From the NCBI GenBank assembly GCA_043806135.1, contig JAZDHG010000064.1, positions 6,535 through 70,534 on the forward strand: a DNA stretch of 64,000 bases. Direction: 5' to 3'. Source of the stretch: Candidatus Omnitrophota bacterium (GTDB lineage Bacteria > Omnitrophota > Gorgyraeia > B26-G9). Positions 16,911 through 26,285 of this stretch are shown here, piece by piece (position 1 is the stretch's first letter; each line of letters starts with the position of its first letter). The notes under the pieces are model-generated. The model saw only the letters and a program-made list of their open reading frames with translations, was not told where the DNA came from and searched no databases. Made by a program: the position numbers and the translations under genes.

Positions 16911-18290
16911 TCATAAAACATGGATTGCTTTTGAGTGCAATATATGCGCTGCTTCCATTATAGACTCAGAAAATGTCGGATGAGCATGAACAATTTCCGA
17001 AAATTGTGCACTCTTTATTCCTGATTCCATAGCAACACACAGTTCATGAATAATCTCACTTGCAAGGGGAGAGCATAAAGCGGCCCCCAGGATATTATCC
17101 TCGCTGTCGCTTATAAGTTTCACCATTCCCTGTGCCTTATTTTCCACAACAGCTCTGCCGCTTGCCGCAAGCGGGAACTTGGCAACTTTTATCCTAATGT
17201 TTCTCTGTCTGGCCACAGCCTCAGTTATCCCTACACTTGCAACCTCAGGGTCAGTATAAACACAGCGGGGCACACGATCATAATTAATTCTTGACGGGAT
17301 GCCTGCAATATTTTCCACGGCAACTATCCCTTCCCGGCTTGCGACATGAGCAAGATATGTTTTTCCAAGGACATCCCCCACGGCATAAAAATTCTCGATA
17401 TTGGTCTGCATAATCTCGTTTACTTCAATAGTTCCATTATTATGCTTGATCCCTATTGTTTCCAATCCGCAATCATTGCCATTCGGAACTCTTCCCACAG
17501 ACAAAAGAATTTTTTCGCTATTAATATGATCTTCATCAGCAGTAACCACATTAAAGCCTCCAACGGTGAGTTTATTTATCCGCGCCGCTTTTGTTTTGGT
17601 GATTACTTTAATCCCCTGCTTCTTCAGCTCTTTTTCCAGAATGAGAGCGATCTCTAGATCTTCTTTGGGGAGAATCTGATCGGTCAACTCTATGATCGTA
17701 ACCTCGCATCCCAAGTTGTTAAAGATATCAGCAAATTCGCAGCCTATTACTCCCCCTCCGATAATCAGCAAACTTTTCGGTATATCCTTCAGTTTAAGCA
17801 TATCACTACTGGACAAGACCCCGGATTTCTCATCAAAATTAATACCGGGCAGATCAGCAGGATTAGATCCAACAGCTATAATGCATTTCCTAAAACTGAT
17901 CTTCAGGCCCTGGACATCAATTGTGTTTAAATCCGTGATCTTTCCAAAACCGTTAACAATATCAACGCCCCGTTTCCTCAACAGGTACAATATGCCCTTT
18001 TTTAATTGTTCTACAACTTTTTCTTTTCTCTGCATCAGGACATTAAAATCAAAACTAACACTGTCTACTTTAATACCAAGCGCCGCAGCATGTTTGATCT
18101 CATGAACAAGATGCGCGCTTCTCAATAAAGTTTTTGTTGGTATACAGCCTGCGTTCAGGCACAAGCCGCCCAAATCACCCTTTTCAATCAGGCAAACGGA
18201 CAATCCAAGCCCAGCCGCGCGTATTGCCGCAACATATCCTCCCGGACCTGAACCTAAAATAGCAATGTCATAAATTCTACTCATAATCAC
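16911..18290 (-). CDS. lpdA: Dihydrolipoyl dehydrogenase (E3)
   Basis: GSGPGG, CLNAGCIPTK redox disulfide, GGGVIG, HAHPTFSE. Confidence 0.95.
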   Translation of the reverse strand: MIMSRIYDIAILGSGPGGYVAAIRAAGLGLSVCLIEKGDLGGLCLNAGCIPTKTLLRSAHLVHEIKHAAALGIKVDSVSFDFNVLMQRKEKVVEQLKKGILYLLRKRGVDIVNGFGKITDLNTIDVQGLKISFRKCIIAVGSNPADLPGINFDEKSGVLSSSDMLKLKDIPKSLLIIGGGVIGCEFADIFNNLGCEVTIIELTDQILPKEDLEIALILEKELKKQGIKVITKTKAARINKLTVGGFNVVTADEDHINSEKILLSVGRVPNGNDCGLETIGIKHNNGTIEVNEIMQTNIENFYAVGDVLGKTYLAHVASREGIVAVENIAGIPSRINYDRVPRCVYTDPEVASVGITEAVARQRNIRIKVAKFPLAASGRAVVENKAQGMVKLISDSEDNILGAALCSPLASEIIHELCVAMESGIKSAQFSEIVHAHPTFSESIMEAAHILHSKAIHVL

Positions 18291-19993
18291 ATCTCCTGCG
18301 GAGCCTCAACTCTCATTATCTTCAAACCTAAAGCGATCACTCTACCCACAGCATCAATTAAGAAAAATCTAGCCAATGACTTTTCTATGTTTTCCTTGCC
18401 TTCAGAATATATCCTGTACTTGTTGTAAAAAACATGAAAATCTCCGGCTAATTCCCTTAAATATGTGCTCAAAGCCTGAGGATCAAGACATTCGGCACAA
18501 TTTTTCAGGATATCAGGAAAACTATTCAATTTCTTTATTATAAGAAATGATTCCTCTTCAACAAGATTGCAAAGCTGCGCAGCATCCAGAGGTTCTTTTA
18601 TTACACCAAAATCTCCTCTTACGGCAATTTCATTAAAAAGTTTCCTGATGCCGCTTATGCGCGCATGGGCATACTGAACATAATAAACCGGGTTTTCCAT
18701 GGAATGCTTTTTAGCTAGCTCCAGATCAAATTCCAGCTGCGAATCACATCGCCGCATCAGAAAAAAGAATCTCGCAGCGTCTCTTCCGACTTCCTGCATA
18801 AGTTCACCCAGTGTGATATATTCACCGGCCCTCGTAGACATAACCACGGGCTTGCCCCCTCTTAATAATGTCGCCAGCTGAATGATCAATATTGATAAAT
18901 CGTCCGGGCTGTGCCCAAGCGCGCCGACCGCTGCTTTAAGCCGATTTATATATCCGTGATGGTCAGGCCCCCAAATATTAACAAGCTTATCAAACCCTCT
19001 TTCAAATTTCAACCGGTGATAAGCAATATCAGAAGTAAGATATGTCATCAACCCGTCGCTTTTGATAACTACCCTGTCCTTATCGTCATTGAATTGCGTG
19101 GATTTGAACCAGGTTGCCCCGTCTTTCTCATATATATATCCTTTGTTTTTAAGATCGCTCAGCGCCGCTTTGATTATATCGAGCGTAATCTGTTTTTTTT
19201 GGCTGTACCAGCTATCAAAGTTAATTCCGAAAAGTTCCAGTTCCTCTTTTATATTTTCGAGGATCTGTGAGGATGCATAATCTGAAAAAAATTCAACTGC
19301 CTTCTGGCTTTTATCATCTATATATTTTTTACCTACCGTCTCGACTAAAATTTCGGCAAGTTTATATAGATATTTGCCCTTATATCCATCCTCAGGAAAG
19401 TCCGCTGTTTTTCCTAATATCTCCATATAACGCGCCTGGAGGCTAAGACCTAAATTTTTTATTTGATTACCTTCGTCATTTATGTAATATTCACGACTTA
19501 CTTCAAATCCGCAATAATTCATTATATTGGCCAGGCTGTCCCCTACCGCGGCCTGCCTGGCATGAGCTATGCTCAACGGCCCCGTGGGGTTGGCACTGAC
19601 AAACTCTATAAGAACCTTTTTCCCAGAGCCTTGGTTATTACGTGTAAACCCTTCTGTATCTTTGCTGATAGCCTGCAAAATATCATAAAGCGCAACCTCA
19701 GAAAGAAAAATGTTTATAAACCCGGGACTTTTAACCTCTACTTTTTTTATTTTTCCGGCAATCTTCAAATCCCGGAATTTTGCAAGCAGCAACTCTTTGA
19801 TCCATTGCGCAATTTCAACCGGTGATTTCTTCAAAATCCTTGCAAGTTTCATGGCAATATTAATCGAAAAATCACCGAAGTTTGTATCCTTAGGTGTTTC
19901 TATTTCGATAAACATGTCCTTTGCGAGAAGCTTATTCTCTCTTAAGATCTCCTTTACTGCTTCAACTATTAAATCTTTTATTGGTTCAGGCAT
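18287..19993 (-). CDS. argS: Arginine--tRNA ligase
   Basis: EFVSANPTGPL, DHHGY, MSTRAGE, YVQYAHAR, C-terminal APQEM. Confidence 0.97.
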   Translation of the reverse strand: MPEPIKDLIVEAVKEILRENKLLAKDMFIEIETPKDTNFGDFSINIAMKLARILKKSPVEIAQWIKELLLAKFRDLKIAGKIKKVEVKSPGFINIFLSEVALYDILQAISKDTEGFTRNNQGSGKKVLIEFVSANPTGPLSIAHARQAAVGDSLANIMNYCGFEVSREYYINDEGNQIKNLGLSLQARYMEILGKTADFPEDGYKGKYLYKLAEILVETVGKKYIDDKSQKAVEFFSDYASSQILENIKEELELFGINFDSWYSQKKQITLDIIKAALSDLKNKGYIYEKDGATWFKSTQFNDDKDRVVIKSDGLMTYLTSDIAYHRLKFERGFDKLVNIWGPDHHGYINRLKAAVGALGHSPDDLSILIIQLATLLRGGKPVVMSTRAGEYITLGELMQEVGRDAARFFFLMRRCDSQLEFDLELAKKHSMENPVYYVQYAHARISGIRKLFNEIAVRGDFGVIKEPLDAAQLCNLVEEESFLIIKKLNSFPDILKNCAECLDPQALSTYLRELAGDFHVFYNKYRIYSEGKENIEKSLARFFLIDAVGRVIALGLKIMRVEAPQEM

Positions 19994-19997
19994 TGTT

Positions 19998-20704
19998 TTA
20001 TTCTCCGCTTTGCTTGAAAATTTCAGGGTCTTCTTCTAAGAGTTTTATGAACACCTCCATAACATTAGGGTCAAATTGGCTTCCGCTGTGTTTTCTTAGT
20101 TCATCAATGGCATCTTCTTTACTCATACGTTCACGATAAGTCCGATCGCTGGTCATTGCCTCAAAACTATCTGCGATTGCCATAATCCTTGCCTCCAGGC
20201 AGATTTTCTCTCCTTTAAGTCGTCCGGATAGCCTTTGCCGTCATAGCGTTCGTGATGCTGACGTACCATTTTAACAACCTTATCTAAAAAATAAAACGGT
20301 TTTAAAATCACGGCACCTGCCAGGGAATGCAGTTTCATCTCTTTGTATTCCTGTTCGTTTAGTTTGTCAGGCTTGGTTAAAATATTATCATGCACTCCGA
20401 TCTTTCCCAGATCATGGACCTTACAGGCCTCTTTGAGACCATCAATTTCATTATCAGGCATTCCCATCTTCTTCGCTATAACACTGGCATAGTGTTTTAC
20501 ATTATCGGAGTGACTGCGGGTTAAATGATCTTTAAAATCAATTGCTGATACAAGCGCATTAATCGTTCTCACAATATTACGCCGCTGCAGCCTGCTCCAG
20601 ACCTGTTTGCTCTTAATTTTTCCTTCTTCTTTACTTATCTTGTAACCTAGGAATATGCCCACAAAAAAAGCCGTTATCGCCAGCAGATAAATCCACAAAT
20701 TCAT
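19998..20704 (-). pseudogene. Membrane-anchored HD-GYP c-di-GMP phosphodiesterase, split by a 1-bp frameshift near 20221
   Basis: N-terminal TM, HDLGKIG, HHERYDGKGYPD, then LKGEKICLEARIMAIADSFEAMTSDRTYR in another frame. Adding one G (GAC GGA CTT) restores GYPDGLKGE. Confidence 0.8.
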
Positions 20705-20709
20705 TTTTT

Positions 20710-21069
20710 TTAATTAACCTTCTTATTTAATTTAAGTTTAGGGGCATCTGACCAGAGATGTTCCAGATCATAAAAAAAGCGTGTTTCCTCGTCAAAAATA
20801 TGGACAATAACACTAAAATAATCAAGCACTACCCATTTTGCTTCCCGATATCCTTCAGCATGATGTACACCCATCCCATCTTTACGCAGCCCCTCATTTA
20901 TACCATCGGCAATACTCTTGATATGGGTCGCAGATGTACCGGTAATTATTACAAAAAAATCGCAGAAGTTAGCAGCCTTTCTTAAATCTAGAGCAGTGAT
21001 ATCAACTGCTTTTTTATCAACTGCCAGCTTAACTATTTTTATTACTTTACTCATCAATTTAATCCACAC
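20710..21069 (-). CDS. rsfS: Ribosome silencing factor RsfS
   Basis: DKKAVDI, DFFVI, WVVLDY, VHIF...R.FYDLE.LW. Confidence 0.95.
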   Translation of the reverse strand: MWIKLMSKVIKIVKLAVDKKAVDITALDLRKAANFCDFFVIITGTSATHIKSIADGINEGLRKDGMGVHHAEGYREAKWVVLDYFSVIVHIFDEETRFFYDLEHLWSDAPKLKLNKKVN

Positions 21070-21201
21070 TCCCTTTCTTAATTTTGCAAAATGATCTCTT
21101 CTTCACTTACTAAAAATCGCTCAAAAATTTTAATTATAAATCCATAACACAGGCAACGCACAAGAAGTACAGGCAGGATATAAATAATTTGAATTTCCAT
21201 T

Positions 21202-21795
21202 TTAACGATACAATTTTCTTTCTATTATAAATTTATATACCGCATCTCCGATGATCTGTTCAACTGATTGCCCGCTATGCAGCAACTGTCTTATTCGACT
21301 GCTTGAAATATCTGGAAATTCCCCTTTCAAAAAAACCATCTTCTCCGGCACCTGATGACTCTTAAATCCCGGCCGCATGGCTACAGCGAATGTACAAAGC
21401 GAAAATATCTCATTGATGTTTCTCCAGGTTTTAAGCTCAGGAATAGCGTCTGATCCCACAATAAAATAAAATTGTGCATCCGGTTCAGTCTCTCTTAAAA
21501 CCTTAAGCGTTTCCACAGAATAAGAAACACCGCTTTTTTCTATTTCAATCCGGCAGACACTAAAATTAGGCCTGTCTTCAATCGCCAGCTTAACCATTTC
21601 ATAGCGTAATTCAACATCAATAATATCAGGTCTATTTTTATGAGGCGGTTCTCGAGATGGAACAAATAACACATGGTTCAGGCCTAACTGAGCACATGCT
21701 GCTTCAGCTATTAGAATATGGCCATTATGAGGCGGGTCAAACGTTCCCCCGAGAATTCCGACTCTCTTTCTAAACTCTAATTTGTCCATTACCAA
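21202..21795 (-). CDS. nadD: Nicotinate-nucleotide adenylyltransferase
   Basis: GGTFDPPHNGH, ISSSRIR. Confidence 0.95.
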   Translation of the reverse strand: MVMDKLEFRKRVGILGGTFDPPHNGHILIAEAACAQLGLNHVLFVPSREPPHKNRPDIIDVELRYEMVKLAIEDRPNFSVCRIEIEKSGVSYSVETLKVLRETEPDAQFYFIVGSDAIPELKTWRNINEIFSLCTFAVAMRPGFKSHQVPEKMVFLKGEFPDISSSRIRQLLHSGQSVEQIIGDAVYKFIIERKLYR

Positions 21796-23026
21796 TGACC
21801 ATGTATTTATAGGTGGTTAATTCCTTGAGTCCCATCGGGCCGCGGGCATGGAGTTTATCTGTGCTCACCCCGATCTCCGCTCCTAAACCGAACTCATTGC
21901 CATCTGTAAACCGGGTTGAAGCATTAAGATAGACGCATGCAGAATCAACTGATTTTAAAAATTTCATGCCGTTTTGGAAATTCTCGGTAATGATCGCATC
22001 TGAATGTTTAGTTCCGAACTTTACAATATGTGCCAATGCCTCAGCCATGGAATTGACAACCTTTACAGATAGTATCAGATCAAGAAATTCAGTAGCATAA
22101 TCCTCATTAGTTGCTATTTTAACGTCCTTTACAAGCTTTATTGTCTTTGGACATCCTCTGATTTCAACTTTTGCTTTTTTTAATCTTTTAACGATTCGCG
22201 GTATAAATTCCGATGCTATCGATTTATGAACAAGCAAACATTCCATTGCATTACAGGTTGACGGACGTTGTACCTTAGCATTAAAAGCAATTTCCTCAGC
22301 CATGCTCAAGTCAGCATATTTGTCAACAAATGTATGGCATATCCCCTTGTAATGCTTTATTACCGGTATTTTCGAGTTTTCAACAACACTTCTGATCAAA
22401 GATTCTCCACCGCGGGGAATGATCAGATCGATATATTCGGATAAACTTAACATTATTAAAACAGCCTCACGGTCAGTTGTGGCAATAAAGCTGACGCACC
22501 CATCAGGGAACCCGCATTTAGTAAGCGCCCTGGAAATGGCCTTGTAAATTGCAAGATTGGAATGTATTGATTCTTTGCCTCCGCGTAATATTACAGCATT
22601 ACCTGACTTCAGACATAATGCGGCACAATCGCTGGTAACATTAGGACGCGATTCATATATTATTCCAATTACACCAAGCGGAACACTCATTTTGCAGATA
22701 TTTAAACCGTTAGGTCTTCTCCACATCTTTATTGCCTCACCTACTGGATCAGCCAGCGCAATCACAGACTTAAGATCATCACTCATTTTTTTTATTCTAC
22801 TATCATCGAGCGTAAGTCTCTCTATAAAAGCAACGGAACTTTTCTGGAGTTTTGCAAACTCTATATCTTTTTTATTGGCCTTTAATATTGCCTGCTTACC
22901 TTTAAGCAAACTCTCCGCCATTGCCTTCAAAGCTTTGTTTTTTTGCTCAGTCGACAGCGTTGCTAAATAGCGTGAGGCCTTTTGGGCTTGAACCGCAATA
23001 TGTAAAATCTCTTTTTTAAAGGACAT
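21770..23026 (-). CDS. proA: Gamma-glutamyl phosphate reductase
   Basis: IYESRPNVT, PSTCNAME, NASTRFTDG, KLHARGPMGL. Confidence 0.97.
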   Translation of the reverse strand: MSFKKEILHIAVQAQKASRYLATLSTEQKNKALKAMAESLLKGKQAILKANKKDIEFAKLQKSSVAFIERLTLDDSRIKKMSDDLKSVIALADPVGEAIKMWRRPNGLNICKMSVPLGVIGIIYESRPNVTSDCAALCLKSGNAVILRGGKESIHSNLAIYKAISRALTKCGFPDGCVSFIATTDREAVLIMLSLSEYIDLIIPRGGESLIRSVVENSKIPVIKHYKGICHTFVDKYADLSMAEEIAFNAKVQRPSTCNAMECLLVHKSIASEFIPRIVKRLKKAKVEIRGCPKTIKLVKDVKIATNEDYATEFLDLILSVKVVNSMAEALAHIVKFGTKHSDAIITENFQNGMKFLKSVDSACVYLNASTRFTDGNEFGLGAEIGVSTDKLHARGPMGLKELTTYKYMVIGNGQIRV

Positions 23027-23116
23027 TACATCCTCCTGGTATAATCTTCAGACATAGTTATAGTGATTATACCTGATTACTAAGATTAATAAAGATTATA
23101 CCCTTGCGGGTACCTA

Positions 23117-23208
23117 ACCCCGGAAATCTTCCCCTGTGGAATGAGCAGCATTCCCAGGACTAAGTACCCGAAATTCCAAAAAAATTTCAGGGTGCAGATT
23201 TCTCGGGG
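23117..23208. repeat. Nested palindromic element (outer stem plus two inner hairpins)
   Basis: CCCCGGAAATCT/AGATTTCTCGGGG enclosing CCTGTGGAATG/CATTCCCAGG and GTACCCGAAATT/AATTTCAGGGTGC. Confidence 0.7.
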
Positions 23209-23333
23209 CAGCGATTAAACCATTAATCGCCTTCCGTTATAACTTTTATTACCAAAGTTACCAATAATCCGATTTTATATCCTGATGCCTTTAAATCAAA
23301 CATCCTCGCTTCTTTCTCCTTACAGGATGTCTT

Positions 23334-24440
23334 TTACCTTAAGATAACCAGGTTGTTTCTATGCACTACTTCATCATAGGATTTGCAGCCCAGAATCTCT
23401 TCAATATCAGCTGTCTTGGCCTGTTTAATCCTGCTTACTTCCTCGCTTGAGTAATTTACAAGTCCTCTGGCAATCTCATTATGATGTTCATCGCAGATAA
23501 TTACCAGGTCCCCGAAAGAAAAAGCTCCAACAACTGCTGTGATACCGATAGCCAGAAGACTTTTTCCTTTTTTCAGCAATGCCTGTTTTGCCCCCTCATC
23601 AATAATAATTTTACCGCAGTTCTTACAGCTGAATGCGATCCAGCGTTTCTTACCGGACATCTTATCCTTTTTAGGCAAAAACCAGGTGCACAAAGTTTGT
23701 TCTTTAACTATTTGTTCTAAAATATCTTTATTCTGCCCGTTGGCAATAACCATGGGAATCCCGGCATTGACCGCTATCTTTGCCGCTTCAAGCTTGGTGA
23801 TCATTCCGCCCACAGTTGTTTTTTTTACCGTGTCACTGGCAAAGCTGCTTATGCATGAATCTACATTTTCTATCCTTGAGATAACATTTCCCTGAGGATC
23901 ATAAAAACCATCTACATCAGAGAGTATAATCAAAAGCTGCGCATCGATTAATGCCGCGACCTGAGCCGAAAGCTTATCATTGTCACCAAACTTAATCTCG
24001 TCGGTTACCACAGCATCGTTCTCATTTACAATCGGGACGATGTTGTCTCTTTGCAGAAGGCTTAAAAGCGTATTACGCGCATTTAAATATCGCGTACGGT
24101 TTTCTAAACAGTCCGATGTAAGCAATATCTGAGCGGTTAGATAATTATTTTTCCTGAATAGCTGCTCGTAATCAAACATAAGTACACTTTGACCTACTGC
24201 TGCTGCAGTTGCACAAGCAAGCATTGAAGTCGGCCTCTCGCTAAGGGCGAGTTTTTCCATGCCGCAGGCAATAGCACCGGATGAGACAATCACAACATCA
24301 AACCCCATGATTTTAAGCTTTATTACTCCGCTTGTGATCATTTCCAGGCGCTTCATGTCCATTTTACCAGTATGAGAGGTCAATATGCTTGAGCCTACCT
24401 TTACGACTATTTTATCGCCTTTTTTTAATTTAATATCCAT
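23334..24440 (-). CDS. proB: Glutamate 5-kinase with PUA domain
   Basis: VVKVGSS, VSSGAI, NENDAV, FGDNDKL, GGMITKL. Confidence 0.97.
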   Translation of the reverse strand: MDIKLKKGDKIVVKVGSSILTSHTGKMDMKRLEMITSGVIKLKIMGFDVVIVSSGAIACGMEKLALSERPTSMLACATAAAVGQSVLMFDYEQLFRKNNYLTAQILLTSDCLENRTRYLNARNTLLSLLQRDNIVPIVNENDAVVTDEIKFGDNDKLSAQVAALIDAQLLIILSDVDGFYDPQGNVISRIENVDSCISSFASDTVKKTTVGGMITKLEAAKIAVNAGIPMVIANGQNKDILEQIVKEQTLCTWFLPKKDKMSGKKRWIAFSCKNCGKIIIDEGAKQALLKKGKSLLAIGITAVVGAFSFGDLVIICDEHHNEIARGLVNYSSEEVSRIKQAKTADIEEILGCKSYDEVVHRNNLVILR

Positions 24441-24470
24441 TTCTAATTTCCGGTCTTAATTTTATGAAGG

Positions 24471-25439
24471 TTAGTCTAAAAATAATTTCTTAAATAAAAA
24501 GTCCGTGATTTTTTTTATTCCCTCTCCGGTAACACAGGAGCTAAGGTATATTTTCTCTTTAATTTGTATTTTGAAATCTTTTAAATTTTCCTGAGCCCCA
24601 GGCAAATCCATTTTATTTGACACCAGCACCCGAGGTCTTTCCATAAGCAGCCTATCATATGATTCTATTTCGTTGATAAGGTTCCGATAATCATCAACAG
24701 GCTGACGTCCGTCTGTACCGGACATATCAATAATAAATAGCAAAAGTTTTGTTCGCTCTATATGGCGCAGGAATTCAAGCCCTAAACCTTTACCTTTATG
24801 AGCATCTTTTATTATTCCCGGGATATCCGCGACTACGAATCTTTTATGCGATTGGCTGGATTTAACTACCCCAAGGACAGGGCGAATTGTTGTGAAAGGA
24901 AATTGTGCTACTTTTGACTTAGCCTCAGAAACAGTATTTACAAATGACGATTTACCGGCATTTGGATATCCGATAAGGCCTACATCAGCGATAAGCTTTA
25001 ACTCCAGATTTATTATTTTCTCTTGACCTGGAGCGCCTTCAGTAGCCGGGCTTCCCCGGTGATTTCCTTTACCAGCCGCGCCGCCTTTTGCAACTATAAC
25101 CTGTTCATTTTCTTTATTCAGATCGCGGATCAAAAGTCCATTCTGATTATCACGTATAATTGTGCCCGGAGGAACAAGAATGATACGGTCTTCGCCGTCT
25201 CTGCCTTTTTTCAGATTGCTGCTTCCATTTTTGCCTGATACAGATTTAAAATGCTGCTGATAACGAAAGTCCAGCAACGTATGTACATTGGGATCGGTGC
25301 GCATAATTACATTACCGCCAATGCCTCCATTGCCTCCGTCACGACGGCGATAACGCATCCCTCTCTTATTACAGAAGCTTTCACAGCCCTGGCCGCCGTT
25401 ACCCGCTTTGATGTAGATTTTAGCCCGGTCAACAAACAT
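24471..25439 (-). CDS. obgE: GTPase ObgE (short form)
   Basis: MFVD...AGNGGQG, glycine-rich Obg fold, GYPNAGKS, PFTT, DIPG, NKMD. Confidence 0.95.
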   Translation of the reverse strand: MFVDRAKIYIKAGNGGQGCESFCNKRGMRYRRRDGGNGGIGGNVIMRTDPNVHTLLDFRYQQHFKSVSGKNGSSNLKKGRDGEDRIILVPPGTIIRDNQNGLLIRDLNKENEQVIVAKGGAAGKGNHRGSPATEGAPGQEKIINLELKLIADVGLIGYPNAGKSSFVNTVSEAKSKVAQFPFTTIRPVLGVVKSSQSHKRFVVADIPGIIKDAHKGKGLGLEFLRHIERTKLLLFIIDMSGTDGRQPVDDYRNLINEIESYDRLLMERPRVLVSNKMDLPGAQENLKDFKIQIKEKIYLSSCVTGEGIKKITDFLFKKLFLD

Positions 25440-25454
25440 GACCTTTAATTAACC

Positions 25455-25697
25455 TTAGTTAGCACTAACACTGATTACTTTTGATTTGGGAAAGCAAACT
25501 TTCCCGTCAATAAGAGAATATAGGGTATAGTCCCTGCCCACACCGACATTTTTACCGGGTTTAAACTTCATACCGCACTGCCGGATTAATATTGATCCGG
25601 CTCGAACTGCTTCTCCTCCATAATGTTTAACTCCTAACCGCTTTGAATTACTGTCTCTTCCGTTGCGGCTTGCGCCTTGCCCCTTATGAGTTGCCAT
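25455..25697 (-). CDS. rpmA: 50S ribosomal protein L27
   Basis: [24 protein letters not shown]. Confidence 0.97.
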   Translation of the reverse strand: MATHKGQGASRNGRDSNSKRLGVKHYGGEAVRAGSILIRQCGMKFKPGKNVGVGRDYTLYSLIDGKVCFPKSKVISVSAN

Positions 25698-25764
25698 CTT
25701 TTTATCTCCTTTAATGAAGCCATGCTTTACATAAAAAATGATGTAAATTATTTGGCTGAATTAA

Positions 25765-25867
25765 ACCCCGTACCAAAGCGATACTATACCTCTTAGCTCA
25801 AGTGCTAGGGCCTTTAATTAAATTTTTTAGCCGCATCAAATTTTTAAGTTAGCTTTTGGTGCGGGGT
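25765..25867. repeat. ~100-bp MITE-like element with terminal inverted repeats
   Basis: ACCCCGTACCAAA ... TTTGGTGCGGGGT (12/13 match) in the rplU-rpmA spacer. Confidence 0.6.
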
Positions 25868-25901
25868 AAATATCCTAACTCTTTGGCTGTAGAACCCATA
25901 T

Positions 25902-26216
25902 CTACGCCTTATTTATATTTTTAATAATCAATTTCGTTAACTTTTGTCTGTGACCGGTCTTTTTATGCGAGTCTTTCCTGCGTAAATATTTATAGACCAC
26001 TAATTTTTTCCCTTTTGTCTGCTCTATCACCTCAGCCTCGACCTTTGCCCCTAAAACAAACGGCTGCCCGATCTCAACTTTTTTACCATCAGCAATTAAC
26101 AGCACTTTATCCAGTGAAATAGTACTCTTTGCTTCCTCGTCAAGTTTATTAACCTCAATAACATCTTTTGGCGCAACCTTATATTGCTTACCACCAATCT
26201 CTAAAATCGCATACAC
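25902..26216 (-). CDS. rplU: 50S ribosomal protein L21
   Basis: (V)YAILEIGGKQYKV...GHRQKLT; GTG start after GGAGG. Confidence 0.97.
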   Translation of the reverse strand: MYAILEIGGKQYKVAPKDVIEVNKLDEEAKSTISLDKVLLIADGKKVEIGQPFVLGAKVEAEVIEQTKGKKLVVYKYLRRKDSHKKTGHRQKLTKLIIKNINKA

Positions 26217-26285
26217 AGCATCCACCTCCAAATTTAAACTTTCATTTTTTCTCTTTTTCTAAAAAAAACAGTATTAGTGAGTATA

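Noticed and set aside
20200-20230. Programmed ribosomal frameshift in the HD-GYP gene
   Set aside because: No canonical slippery heptamer or stimulatory structure; a single missing G explains the break more simply
23117-23208. Possible tRNA or CRISPR repeat
   Set aside because: No T-loop or D-loop consensus, no CCA end, and no regularly spaced direct repeats
25698-25901. Missing prp (ysxB) gene between rplU and rpmA
   Set aside because: L27 has no N-terminal extension, so Prp is not expected, and no ORF remnant is visible
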